From assembly GCA_041661005.1 (NCBI GenBank), contig JBAZVG010000001.1, positions 479,515-543,514 on the forward strand: a stretch of 64,000 nt of DNA, written 5' to 3'. Both the position numbers and the translations under genes were made by a program. The DNA comes from Minisyncoccota bacterium (lineage in GTDB: Bacteria > Patescibacteriota > Minisyncoccia > Phycocordibacterales > UBA9973). The notes under the pieces were generated by a model, which saw only the letters and a list, made by a program, of their open reading frames with translations, did not search any database and was not told where the DNA came from. Below are positions 55,824-63,810 of the stretch, piece by piece (the first letter of the stretch is position 1; each line of letters opens with the position of its first letter).

Positions 55824-56504
55824 TTAAGAAATTAATGTACCAATAAAACTTTCCCCATCTAGACACTTTGCCAGATTATCAATCGGTTTGCCATTCATAA
55901 TCATCACCTGCATTCCCTCTTCTTCCGCCATCTTTGAAGCTGTGGGGTCAAAAGGAGAATTGAGTCCCGGATTCCATTCTTTTGGGATAATTGCTCGATA
56001 TTCCGCCCAGGATATTTTTTCTATCTTTTTTGCATCTGGATTTATTTTTGGATCTGAATCATACACATAGTCAGTATTCGATAGATTAATAACTTTTTTC
56101 GCTCCAAATGTTTTGGCTGCCAAAACAGCATCCCAGTCTGTGCTATGTCCTGGTTCATAAGCCGCGCCTATAATGATTGGTTTTGTAGAAATAAGTTTAT
56201 TGGATAAATTAAAAATTACCTCATCATGAGCTTGTTCTCCAAAAATTACCCTGACTAGTTCAGCATTTAATTTCAAAGACGCTATGCCAATCCAATCCAG
56301 ATCATCATACGACGGAATCGCAAGTTCCTTGGCCACATCTTGATATCGGCGACAAATTTTCCCTCCGCCTGTGGTAATTATAAATTTTTTCCCCTGCTCC
56401 ACATGTGAAAGAATAAGAGATTTAAAATCTTTTAAAAAATCAACATCTACCTGGTCGGGAATTATGAGTGACCCGCCAAGAGAAATTACTATCGTTTCTT
56501 GCAT
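55824..56504 (-). CDS. pyrH: UMP kinase (archaeal-like)
   Basis: SLGGS, GGG...R.YQ, PGHSTD.DA, PFDP.A. Confidence 0.93.
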   Translation of the reverse strand: MQETIVISLGGSLIIPDQVDVDFLKDFKSLILSHVEQGKKFIITTGGGKICRRYQDVAKELAIPSYDDLDWIGIASLKLNAELVRVIFGEQAHDEVIFNLSNKLISTKPIIIGAAYEPGHSTDWDAVLAAKTFGAKKVINLSNTDYVYDSDPKINPDAKKIEKISWAEYRAIIPKEWNPGLNSPFDPTASKMAEEEGMQVMIMNGKPIDNLAKCLDGESFIGTLIS

Positions 56505-56510
56505 AAATAA

Positions 56511-57107
56511 TTAAAAATTTAGCGCTTTAATAATGTCCTGATGCACATTTTCGACTGTTTGTTCGCCATTAATAGTGTAAATCGTATAATTCTCTTTGCC
56601 TTTAAAATAATTCATCGATGGAATCACATTATTCACATATTCATCGAATCTTTTGGCGATACCCTCTTTGGTATCATCATGCCTGCCACGCAAAAGATTG
56701 CGTTTCATTGCCTCTTCTTTGCCCACCTCAATGTAAATGATTTTAATATTTTCCCTTTTATAAAATTTCATCATCTCTTCAAAGGCTTGGGATTGATCTA
56801 AGGTACGAGGATAACCATCAGCAAAGAGGTGTTTTTCTGGGGTTAGAGACGAAACTAAAATATTTGTAAAAATCGCATTAGTCAGAAAATTTGGCTGGAG
56901 TTCTCCGCGTGTAATAGAATCTTTCACAATACCGCCGGTATAACTGCCACTTGCTATAAGCTTGCGATATTCATCACCTGTCGAAGTATAGACAGAGTCG
57001 CGATGATCACGATTTTTCAAGAATTCAGTCAAAAGCTTGACCTGAGTTCCTTTACCAGAACCCACTATTCCAAAAAATACAAAAGTTTGCGGTTGCCCAT
57101 TTGTCAT
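56511..57107 (-). CDS. adk: Adenylate kinase family
   Basis: GSGKGTQ, DGYPRT..Q, GRHDD. Confidence 0.9.
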   Translation of the reverse strand: MTNGQPQTFVFFGIVGSGKGTQVKLLTEFLKNRDHRDSVYTSTGDEYRKLIASGSYTGGIVKDSITRGELQPNFLTNAIFTNILVSSLTPEKHLFADGYPRTLDQSQAFEEMMKFYKRENIKIIYIEVGKEEAMKRNLLRGRHDDTKEGIAKRFDEYVNNVIPSMNYFKGKENYTIYTINGEQTVENVHQDIIKALNF

Positions 57108-57141
57108 AGGCTAACAATACAAAATTTGTGATATAAAATCA

Positions 57142-57213
57142 ACCCGGTAGTAGAGCTCGGCAATGCTTGTTTCACAAGCGTGTTTTGCGCTTTGCCAAGT
57201 CTCACTACCGGGT
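57142..57213. repeat. Palindromic element in the adk/cmk divergent gap
   Basis: ACCCGGTAGT...ACTACCGGGT arms with internal hairpins. Confidence 0.8.
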
Positions 57214-57234
57214 CAAATATGCTATAATCGCACC

Positions 57235-57804
57235 ATGCAGAAAATTAAAATAATAACTATCAATGGCTTTCCTGGAAGTGGAAAATCCAGCACAGCAGAT
57301 GGAGTCGCAAAAGAACTAGGCTTCAAAAGATTTTCTTCGGGAGATTTCATGCGCCAAATCGCCCTCGACAGAGGCATATCCTTGAATGAACTCAGTAAAA
57401 AAGCTGAAAGTGATACCGCAGTAGATAAAAGCATAGATGAAGCGGTGAAAAAAACTGGGGAGGGTGAAAAAATAGTGATAGATTCCCGTTTGGCATTCCA
57501 TTGGATTCCAAATTCTTTTAAAGTCTATTTAGATCTTCCACCCGAGATTGCCAAAGAAAGAATTTCAAACAACCTAAAAACAAACAAATTCAGGCAAGAA
57601 AGTGAGGGAAAAATGGACGTTGAAGAAGTTTATAAAAAAATAATAGAAAGATTTGAAAGCGAGAAAAAAAGATACCAGAATTTATATCAAGTTGATCATG
57701 CCGATAAAAACAACTTTGACTTAGTGGTAGACACAAACAAAAACAACTTAAAGCAAGTCATTGATATTATAGTTCGAGAATACAAAAATTGGATCGAAAA
57801 TTAA
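57235..57804 (+). CDS. cmk: Cytidylate kinase (archaeal-type)
   Basis: GFPGSGKSS, SSGDFMR, DSRLA, SEKKRY..LY; start revised to MQKIK. Confidence 0.88.
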   Translation: MQKIKIITINGFPGSGKSSTADGVAKELGFKRFSSGDFMRQIALDRGISLNELSKKAESDTAVDKSIDEAVKKTGEGEKIVIDSRLAFHWIPNSFKVYLDLPPEIAKERISNNLKTNKFRQESEGKMDVEEVYKKIIERFESEKKRYQNLYQVDHADKNNFDLVVDTNKNNLKQVIDIIVREYKNWIEN

Positions 57805-59087
57805 TACTCCCGCATTGAGATCTGCGCGTCTACTTTTTTTATCAAATCAAGAACAACTGAGACGACGATGAGAACTGACGTCCCACCCAAAGCGAGAGCG
57901 GTAATGCCGGTAAAACGTTGCATGATGAGAGGTAAAATTGCAATAAACCCCAAGAAAACAGCGCCCAGGAGCGTAATGCGAGTCAAGACCTTGGAAATAT
58001 ATTCAGCAGTCGATTGCCCCGGACGGATGCCTGGAATAAACGCGCCATTTTTTTGTAAGTTAGTGGAAAGAGCCTCAGGATCAAAAGTAACGGCTGTGTA
58101 AAAATAAGTGAAAAGAAAAACTAAAATAAAATAAAAAATAGCGTAAAGCGCTGAGGTTTGCGTAAATGAGATAAGCACACTGGAAATTTTTGCAATAATT
58201 TCATTGCTGAATCTAGCCAAAAAAGTTCCAATCATTTGTGGGAAAAGGAGAATGGATAGAGCAAAGATTATTGGGATAACTCCCGCTTGATTGACCCGTA
58301 ACGGCAGATAAGTAGATCCACCGCCATACATCTTCATGCCACGCACGCGCTTGGCATAAGTAACAGGGATAGGACGTTCAGCCTCGGTAACAAGGACAAT
58401 ACTTGCAATAACTAGAACGCCCACCAACACAGATATAATCAATGTAGGCAAAATGCTTGAATCAAATGTAGGGTAAATATATGTAAAAATAAATGTTCCT
58501 ACTGTCGATGGAAGACCCGAGACAATACCGGCAAAAATTATGAGCGATACACCGTTGCCAATACCAAATTCAGATACGAGTTCTCCTATCCACATCAACA
58601 ACATCGATCCCGCAACTACAATAATCAAATTCGTGATTCGATCGAAAGCTGTTAAGTTTACTAAAATACTTTGGCTTTCCAAAATAGCTAAAAGAGCAAA
58701 CCCTTGAATAGCAGCCAAAGGAACAGTCAAAAGCCGTGAATATTGGGTAAATCTTTTCCTTCCAGCTTCGCCTTCTTCATGATATATCTTCTTCAAAGCT
58801 GGAACCATGATGGTCAAAAGTTGCATGATGATGGAGCTGGTGATATAAGGCCCGACACCAAGCATGATTATGGAAAGATTGGAAAGCCCGCCTCCGGAGA
58901 ATATATTCAAGATACCGAAAAATTGGTTGTTGGACAAGAAACGATCAAGCGCCAGAGTGTCAATGCCGGGGATTGGGATAGCCGAAAGCAATCTGAACAC
59001 AATCAGTGAAAAAAGCACGAACAAAACCCGCTTTCTCAGCGTGATATCTGTCCAAACTAATTTCATTTTATTTAAAAAATTTTGCAT
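57801..59087 (-). CDS. secY: Preprotein translocase SecY
   Basis: LGVGPYITSSIIMQLL, GIGNGVSLIIFAGI, FIPGIRPG, GGTS.LI. Confidence 0.98.
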   Translation of the reverse strand: MQNFLNKMKLVWTDITLRKRVLFVLFSLIVFRLLSAIPIPGIDTLALDRFLSNNQFFGILNIFSGGGLSNLSIIMLGVGPYITSSIIMQLLTIMVPALKKIYHEEGEAGRKRFTQYSRLLTVPLAAIQGFALLAILESQSILVNLTAFDRITNLIIVVAGSMLLMWIGELVSEFGIGNGVSLIIFAGIVSGLPSTVGTFIFTYIYPTFDSSILPTLIISVLVGVLVIASIVLVTEAERPIPVTYAKRVRGMKMYGGGSTYLPLRVNQAGVIPIIFALSILLFPQMIGTFLARFSNEIIAKISSVLISFTQTSALYAIFYFILVFLFTYFYTAVTFDPEALSTNLQKNGAFIPGIRPGQSTAEYISKVLTRITLLGAVFLGFIAILPLIMQRFTGITALALGGTSVLIVVSVVLDLIKKVDAQISMREY

Positions 59088-59104
59088 ATACTTTTTTTTG
59101 TAAC

Positions 59105-59137
59105 AGCGCTTTAGGCGCTCTGAGCGCCTAAAGCGCT
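59105..59137. repeat. Perfect 16-bp-arm palindrome between rplO and secY
   Basis: AGCGCTTTAGGCGCTC-T-GAGCGCCTAAAGCGCT. Confidence 0.85.
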
Positions 59138-59153
59138 ATCTCACCCGATTCTC

Positions 59154-59456
59154 TTACTTGATTTTAATCTTCTTTCCTTGAATACCAAGACGCTTTCTTA
59201 TTTCAGAGAACTTTTCCGTTGTAGAGACCATTTTGTCTTTTTCCACCAAAAACAATTTCTGAATTGACTTGAATTGATATCCACGATTCTTTGGCAACCT
59301 TTTAATGATATCACGAAGTTCCGGGCGACGCTTGTTGCCGGAACGAGCTGTCTGCCCCTTGCCTCCTCGGCCAGAAGTCTTGGCGTGCTTTCCCCCGCGA
59401 CCCACCAGTCGGTCTTTTCTATTCTTATGAATTCTTTTTAAATTATGTATCTGCAT
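59154..59456 (-). CDS. rplO: 50S ribosomal protein L15 (short form)
   Basis: VGRGG..AKTSGRGGKGQTARSG, RLPK.RG; position before secY. Confidence 0.92.
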   Translation of the reverse strand: MQIHNLKRIHKNRKDRLVGRGGKHAKTSGRGGKGQTARSGNKRRPELRDIIKRLPKNRGYQFKSIQKLFLVEKDKMVSTTEKFSEIRKRLGIQGKKIKIK

Positions 59457-59490
59457 TGTTTTAATTTCTTAGCTTATAACTTTCGGCTTG

Positions 59491-60096
59491 TTATTCTTTT
59501 TCTTTCCCGACACTTTCGATCTGGATTCCGACATCTGCAAGTGTTGGAACTTTATTTACGACGATAGCGCTCTCGGGTATATGTTTTGTGTATTTTGAGG
59601 AAATTGCTGAAAGCGCCTCCATGACCGCCTTGGCATTGTTCAATTTATTCTTGCTGTTAGATATGATTTTCCCTGTGATATCTTTCATCCCAGAAAGCTT
59701 CACTATGTCGCGGACTACCGAACCCGCCACAAGTCCACGGCCTTTGTTTGGGATGAGCACAACTTTCGAACTTGAAAATTTAGCAGAAAGCTCGTGTGGA
59801 ATAGACATGGTCTTTGTCAGATTCAACTTGACCATGTTTTTCTTGGCATTTCTGACTGCTTTATTTATCGCAAGAGCCGTGTCGCCCGCTTTTCCTAAGC
59901 CCAAACCAACAGATCCTTTTTTGTCTCCCGCTACCAAAGCGACGCTGAAAGAAAATCTGCGTCCGCCGGCAACGACTCTGGTGACGCGACGAATATTCAG
60001 AATCTTTTGATCAAATTCTGGCTTGGATCGTCCAAAAGAAGAACCTTTTCGGCCACCACTCTTTTTGTCTCTAATTTTATCTTGTGTTTTTTCCAT
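59491..60096 (-). CDS. rpsE: 30S ribosomal protein S5
   Basis: RRVTRVVAGGRRFSF, GLVAG..VR. Confidence 0.97.
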   Translation of the reverse strand: MEKTQDKIRDKKSGGRKGSSFGRSKPEFDQKILNIRRVTRVVAGGRRFSFSVALVAGDKKGSVGLGLGKAGDTALAINKAVRNAKKNMVKLNLTKTMSIPHELSAKFSSSKVVLIPNKGRGLVAGSVVRDIVKLSGMKDITGKIISNSKNKLNNAKAVMEALSAISSKYTKHIPESAIVVNKVPTLADVGIQIESVGKEKE

Positions 60097-60115
60097 TGTA
60101 TTTTACTTTATAACT

Positions 60116-60481
60116 TTAAAACTTGAGTCCGGCTGCTCTCGCTTCATCTGCTACTAATTTTATTCGTCCAGTGTATTTAAATCCATTTCGATCAAAGACA
60201 ACTTTGTTTATCTTGGCTTCCAAACAAATCTTACCGATCGTGCTTCCAACTTCTTTTGCCCTCTCTGTTTTTGTGCCCTTTGCAATTTTAACACCCGCCT
60301 TGACTTGGCGAGGCAGGTCGCTCGCCTGCGCTAGAGTCTTGCCAGTCGTATCGTCGATAACCTGCGCATAGATAAATTTGTTAGAACGAAAAACTGTAAG
60401 TCTCGGACGCTCTGCCGTGCCTTTTATTTTTGCCCTAATTTTTCTCTTTAATCTTATTCTTTTGTCGGTTTTTGTTTGCAT
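60116..60481 (-). CDS. rplR: 50S ribosomal protein L18
   Basis: RPRLTVFRSNK.IYAQVIDD, VVFDRNGFKY.GR. Confidence 0.97.
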   Translation of the reverse strand: MQTKTDKRIRLKRKIRAKIKGTAERPRLTVFRSNKFIYAQVIDDTTGKTLAQASDLPRQVKAGVKIAKGTKTERAKEVGSTIGKICLEAKINKVVFDRNGFKYTGRIKLVADEARAAGLKF

Positions 60482-60504
60482 TTTTCTTTATAACTTTCAA
60501 CTAC

Positions 60505-61059
60505 CTAAACAGTCTTCTTGCCTTGTTTGCGTCTGATAACTTCACCTTCATAACGCATTCCCTTGCCTTTATAAGGCTCTCCTTTCTTTAAAGCGCGAAT
60601 GGATGCGGTGAAACTGCCGACCAGCTCTTTATCAATTCCAGTAATTGTAATATTGTTCTTGTCAGCAGTAGCAGTGATAGCATCTGGGATTTTGACAATA
60701 ACTGGATGAGAAAACCCTAAGGCAAAATGAAATTCTTTGCCCTTTACTTCAGATTTGAATCCCACACCTTCTAATATTAATTTCTTTTGATATGGGGTCT
60801 GCACACCGGCAATCATGTTTTTTATGTGTGAAGCATAAGTTCCCCAAAGAGATTTAGAAAACTTGTCATTTCTTTTTATATTTAAATTTATAGTCTTACT
60901 TGCCCCGTCTTTGGCGGAGTCAGCGATAGTAATCGTAATATCATCTCGAAAAGTTTTCGAAAGAGTCCCTTTGGGACCGACAACAGAAAGAACAAGTCCA
61001 TTCTGACTTACTTTGACTCCGTCCGGTATTTGTATTTCTTGTTTGCCTATTCTACTCAT
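60505..61059 (-). CDS. rplF: 50S ribosomal protein L6
   Basis: MSRIGK, GPKG.L, LGFSHPV, EPYKGKG.RY. Confidence 0.97.
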   Translation of the reverse strand: MSRIGKQEIQIPDGVKVSQNGLVLSVVGPKGTLSKTFRDDITITIADSAKDGASKTINLNIKRNDKFSKSLWGTYASHIKNMIAGVQTPYQKKLILEGVGFKSEVKGKEFHFALGFSHPVIVKIPDAITATADKNNITITGIDKELVGSFTASIRALKKGEPYKGKGMRYEGEVIRRKQGKKTV

Positions 61060-61074
61060 ATAATTTTTTGAATT

Positions 61075-61122
61075 ACCTCCCCTTCCTCCCCTCCTTAATC
61101 AAGGAGGGGACAGAGGGGTGGT
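61075..61122. repeat. CCCCTCCTT-AATC-AAGGAGGGG hairpin element (copy at 44634-44684)
   Basis: Seen directly. Confidence 0.8.
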
Positions 61123-61124
61123 CT

Positions 61125-61511
61125 CTACCAAATTTTAAATAATACTTCCCCGCCGACTTGTTCTTTGCGAGCATCTTTGCCTGATAAAATCCCTTTCGAT
61201 GTTGAAAGCACCAGCAATCCAGATCCACTTCTAACCGAATGAATGTCTTTCATCCCAAAATAAACACGTCGTGATTGCTTTGAGATTCTCTCAACTTCGG
61301 TGATTTTTGGTTTTTTATCAACGTAGAACAGCTCTATTTCCAACAACGGCTGATCGTCTTTTGTTTTCTTTGAAACACTGTGAACATACCCTTCCTTTTT
61401 TAAACATTCTGCAATGGCATTTTTTATTTTGGAATACGGAAGAGACACGGACTTCTTGCCTACCAAACTTCCATTCTTCATTACTATTAACATGTTTGAA
61501 ATTGAATCCAT
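61125..61511 (-). CDS. rpsH: 30S ribosomal protein S8
   Basis: RISK..RRVY, LSTSKG, GGEVL..IW. Confidence 0.97.
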   Translation of the reverse strand: MDSISNMLIVMKNGSLVGKKSVSLPYSKIKNAIAECLKKEGYVHSVSKKTKDDQPLLEIELFYVDKKPKITEVERISKQSRRVYFGMKDIHSVRSGSGLLVLSTSKGILSGKDARKEQVGGEVLFKIW

Positions 61512-61526
61512 TTTATTTTTATATAA

Positions 61527-61712
61527 CTACCAACTTGATTTGCGAACACCCGGCAACATCCCTTCATTTGCTAATTCTCTGAAACAAATACGACATACTC
61601 CAAAATCTCTCATAAAAGCATTACCTCGGCCACAGCGAAAACATCGATTTTTTTGTCGAGTGCTGAATTTTGGTTTTTTTAAAGCTCTTGCTTTTACTGA
61701 TGTTTTTGCCAT
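61527..61712 (-). CDS. rpsN: 30S ribosomal protein S14, zinc-binding type
   Basis: RCFRCGR...[17 protein letters not shown]. Confidence 0.97.
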   Translation of the reverse strand: MAKTSVKARALKKPKFSTRQKNRCFRCGRGNAFMRDFGVCRICFRELANEGMLPGVRKSSW

Positions 61713-61884
61713 ATAGTAAATATCGTCTATTTATAGGTGATATCTTGTGTTTTTTCTTCTTGGCCTCTTCCCTAAAGCACTTTTAAGCGCTCGGGCAAAG
61801 AAGGAGAAACACAGATCGAACCTATTTCTTAGACTCTCTGATATTAGCAGATTGGGGAAAATTAGTCAAATGAAACGTAATTGG

Positions 61885-62223
61885 TTATTTAAACAAAGTA
61901 GAAGCCCGAGCTAAAATTTCATTGATTTCTGGTTCACTAACTTTACCCATTGTTATTTTCACTCTTTCTTTAACATCAAAAGATCTTATTTGGTCAGCCA
62001 AAACAAAAGATTTTCCTTTCGGTCCATCTATTGGAACCTCAAAAAAATAATTCTTGCGTTTACTGGTCATCGGACACACTAAAACTAGATTGGAAAAAGA
62101 ATTGTATTGCAAGGAAGAAATCACCACAGCTGGTCGTAATCCTGATTGTTCATGGCCTTTTGTGGGACTAAAATCAATCCAGACAATATCACCTCGTTCA
62201 GGAATTTTAGAATTTTTTACCAT
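61885..62223 (-). CDS. mazF: MazF/PemK toxin
   Basis: RGDIVWIDFSP.KGHEQSG.RPAVVIS, DQIRSFD. Confidence 0.93.
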   Translation of the reverse strand: MVKNSKIPERGDIVWIDFSPTKGHEQSGLRPAVVISSLQYNSFSNLVLVCPMTSKRKNYFFEVPIDGPKGKSFVLADQIRSFDVKERVKITMGKVSEPEINEILARASTLFK

Positions 62224-62459
62224 ATTTCTTTACCCCTCGGCCTATCATTGGGCCAAAGTGATTTATGGCGATTTTTCTTGGTAATGCCTTTAACCATATC
62301 TTCTAGAGTATATTGAGGACGGCTGGAAGTAATAATCATCTGGTCCTTTAATTGCTTAAAACCGACAATAGAACCTGCTTGCCAATTAAGGTTTTCGGCA
62401 AATTCATTCGGTATTCGAACCGCCAAACTATTTCCCCATTTTTGTATTTTAGTTGTCAT
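62217..62459 (-). CDS. mazE: MazE/AbrB antitoxin (start revised to MTTKIQ)
   Basis: KIQKWGNSLAVRIP, YTLEDMV, GKEIW. Confidence 0.93.
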   Translation of the reverse strand: MTTKIQKWGNSLAVRIPNEFAENLNWQAGSIVGFKQLKDQMIITSSRPQYTLEDMVKGITKKNRHKSLWPNDRPRGKEIW

Positions 62460-62558
62460 GGATTCAATTTTATTCACCATGACCCTGAGTTTTTATCGAA
62501 GGGTCATGGATTCAAGTATATACAATGTATCTACAAAGTCAAGTAAAACATTAACCCC

Positions 62559-62610
62559 TTCGCAAGGACTGTCCTTGCGAAATCTTTTGCGAAATCTGTC
62601 CTTGCGAAAA
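62559..62610. repeat. TTCGCAAGGAC-T-GTCCTTGCGAA palindrome plus partial copies
   Basis: Same family as 4670-4702 and 5810-5836. Confidence 0.85.
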
Positions 62611-62613
62611 GTA

Positions 62614-63149
62614 TTATGGATTTTGGTGACAACCGATATTATCATACACGGGATTACCGGGAAGATTAATAAAGGCTTTTCCAAAACTAATGCCACTGCT
62701 TCCCACACAATAAAGCAAACCCTCTGGACCAAACCAACTTTCAGCAGAAAATAAGGAGCTATCCCCTCTAACATGCAGGGCATATCCTTGCGCATTACCG
62801 CTCGAAATTTCTAGAATTTTTTTACATAAAGCATTGGCTTGTGGAATATAAATAGATGCATTTGAATTTAAAGGATACATTTGATCACAAGTTCCTGCAA
62901 AAGCATGAACTGGATTATTAGCCCAATTAATTTGACCATTCAAGCCTGCATAAGACCCTTTATCTGAATACTCTAGTGCCAACAATGTACGAAATTGAGT
63001 CAATTCTTCTTTTAAAGCAGACAGTCTCGTCTTTATTCTCGCCGTATTCAAACTCGCCATTACGATCGAAGACAAAAGGCTGATGATGGCAACCACTACC
63101 AAAAGTTCTATAAGAGTGAAACCTTTTTTGTTGTTTTTAATATATTCAT
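62614..63149 (-). CDS. Type IV pilin-like protein; ATG leader out of frame with the body
   Basis: In-frame KKGFTLIELLVVVAIISLLSSIVMASL; nearest ATG (63149) reads MNILKTTKKVSLL* unless shifted -1 at A_AAA_AAG. Confidence 0.8.
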
Positions 63150-63162
63150 ATTTGTTATTTTA

Positions 63163-63483
63163 TCATTGATTTGGGGATGAAGGTATTTGTTCAAATTGTT
63201 CGGGAGTGAATTCTGGTTGGATGGATTTTCCACCAAAAAAGAAATAAAAAGAAAGAGCAAACATTAATACCGCAATTCCTAAAAGCACATACTCCGCTTG
63301 TTTCTGCTCTTTAATGATTCCACCAGAGTATTTCATCACCAGTCGAACCATCCTGGGAAGTTCAGAAGAAACTTCTGGGGTCTGTCCAGTTTCCTGCGCC
63401 TGTTCAGCGCTCGACTTCATTTCAAACTCTTTCAGAGCTTGATCGATTTCAGAGTTGTTTGGTATTTTTGTTTCAGGAGGCAT
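63163..63483 (-). CDS. Hypothetical single-TM protein
   Basis: KYSGG.IK...QA.YVLL then TM helix. Confidence 0.7.
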   Translation of the reverse strand: MPPETKIPNNSEIDQALKEFEMKSSAEQAQETGQTPEVSSELPRMVRLVMKYSGGIIKEQKQAEYVLLGIAVLMFALSFYFFFGGKSIQPEFTPEQFEQIPSSPNQ

Positions 63484-63504
63484 GAAAATATCAAGACACC
63501 CAAA

Positions 63505-63741
63505 CTAAGGTTTAGGCTGATAAGAATTCGTCTTTATCATTTCGTCTGGAAAATCTTGATACATATTATACACACTTGCGCCATAAGGCTGGAGGGCGTG
63601 AGAGAGGTAGTCGCGTATAAAGAAAACTACTAAAACCAAGAGAATGACTCCAAGAAAAATATCCGAAGCATTATAATAAATAATAAATTTGCTTGAGCCC
63701 TTGTCGGCATACATATGCCTTTTGTGAATAAATTTAATCAT
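63505..63741 (-). CDS. Small single-TM hypothetical protein
   Basis: ORF with TM helix; TATAAT 8 nt upstream. Confidence 0.55.
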   Translation of the reverse strand: MIKFIHKRHMYADKGSSKFIIYYNASDIFLGVILLVLVVFFIRDYLSHALQPYGASVYNMYQDFPDEMIKTNSYQPKP

Positions 63742-63810
63742 ATGCTTACATTATACACGAATGTCAAAACATTACGCAAGGGAGAGCGCCTAGTTATTCC
63801 CCAGTGTATT

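Noticed and set aside
62739-62752. TTTCAGCAGAAAAT match to the dispersed element inside the pilin gene
   Set aside because: No flanking arms or GAC hairpin; likely chance
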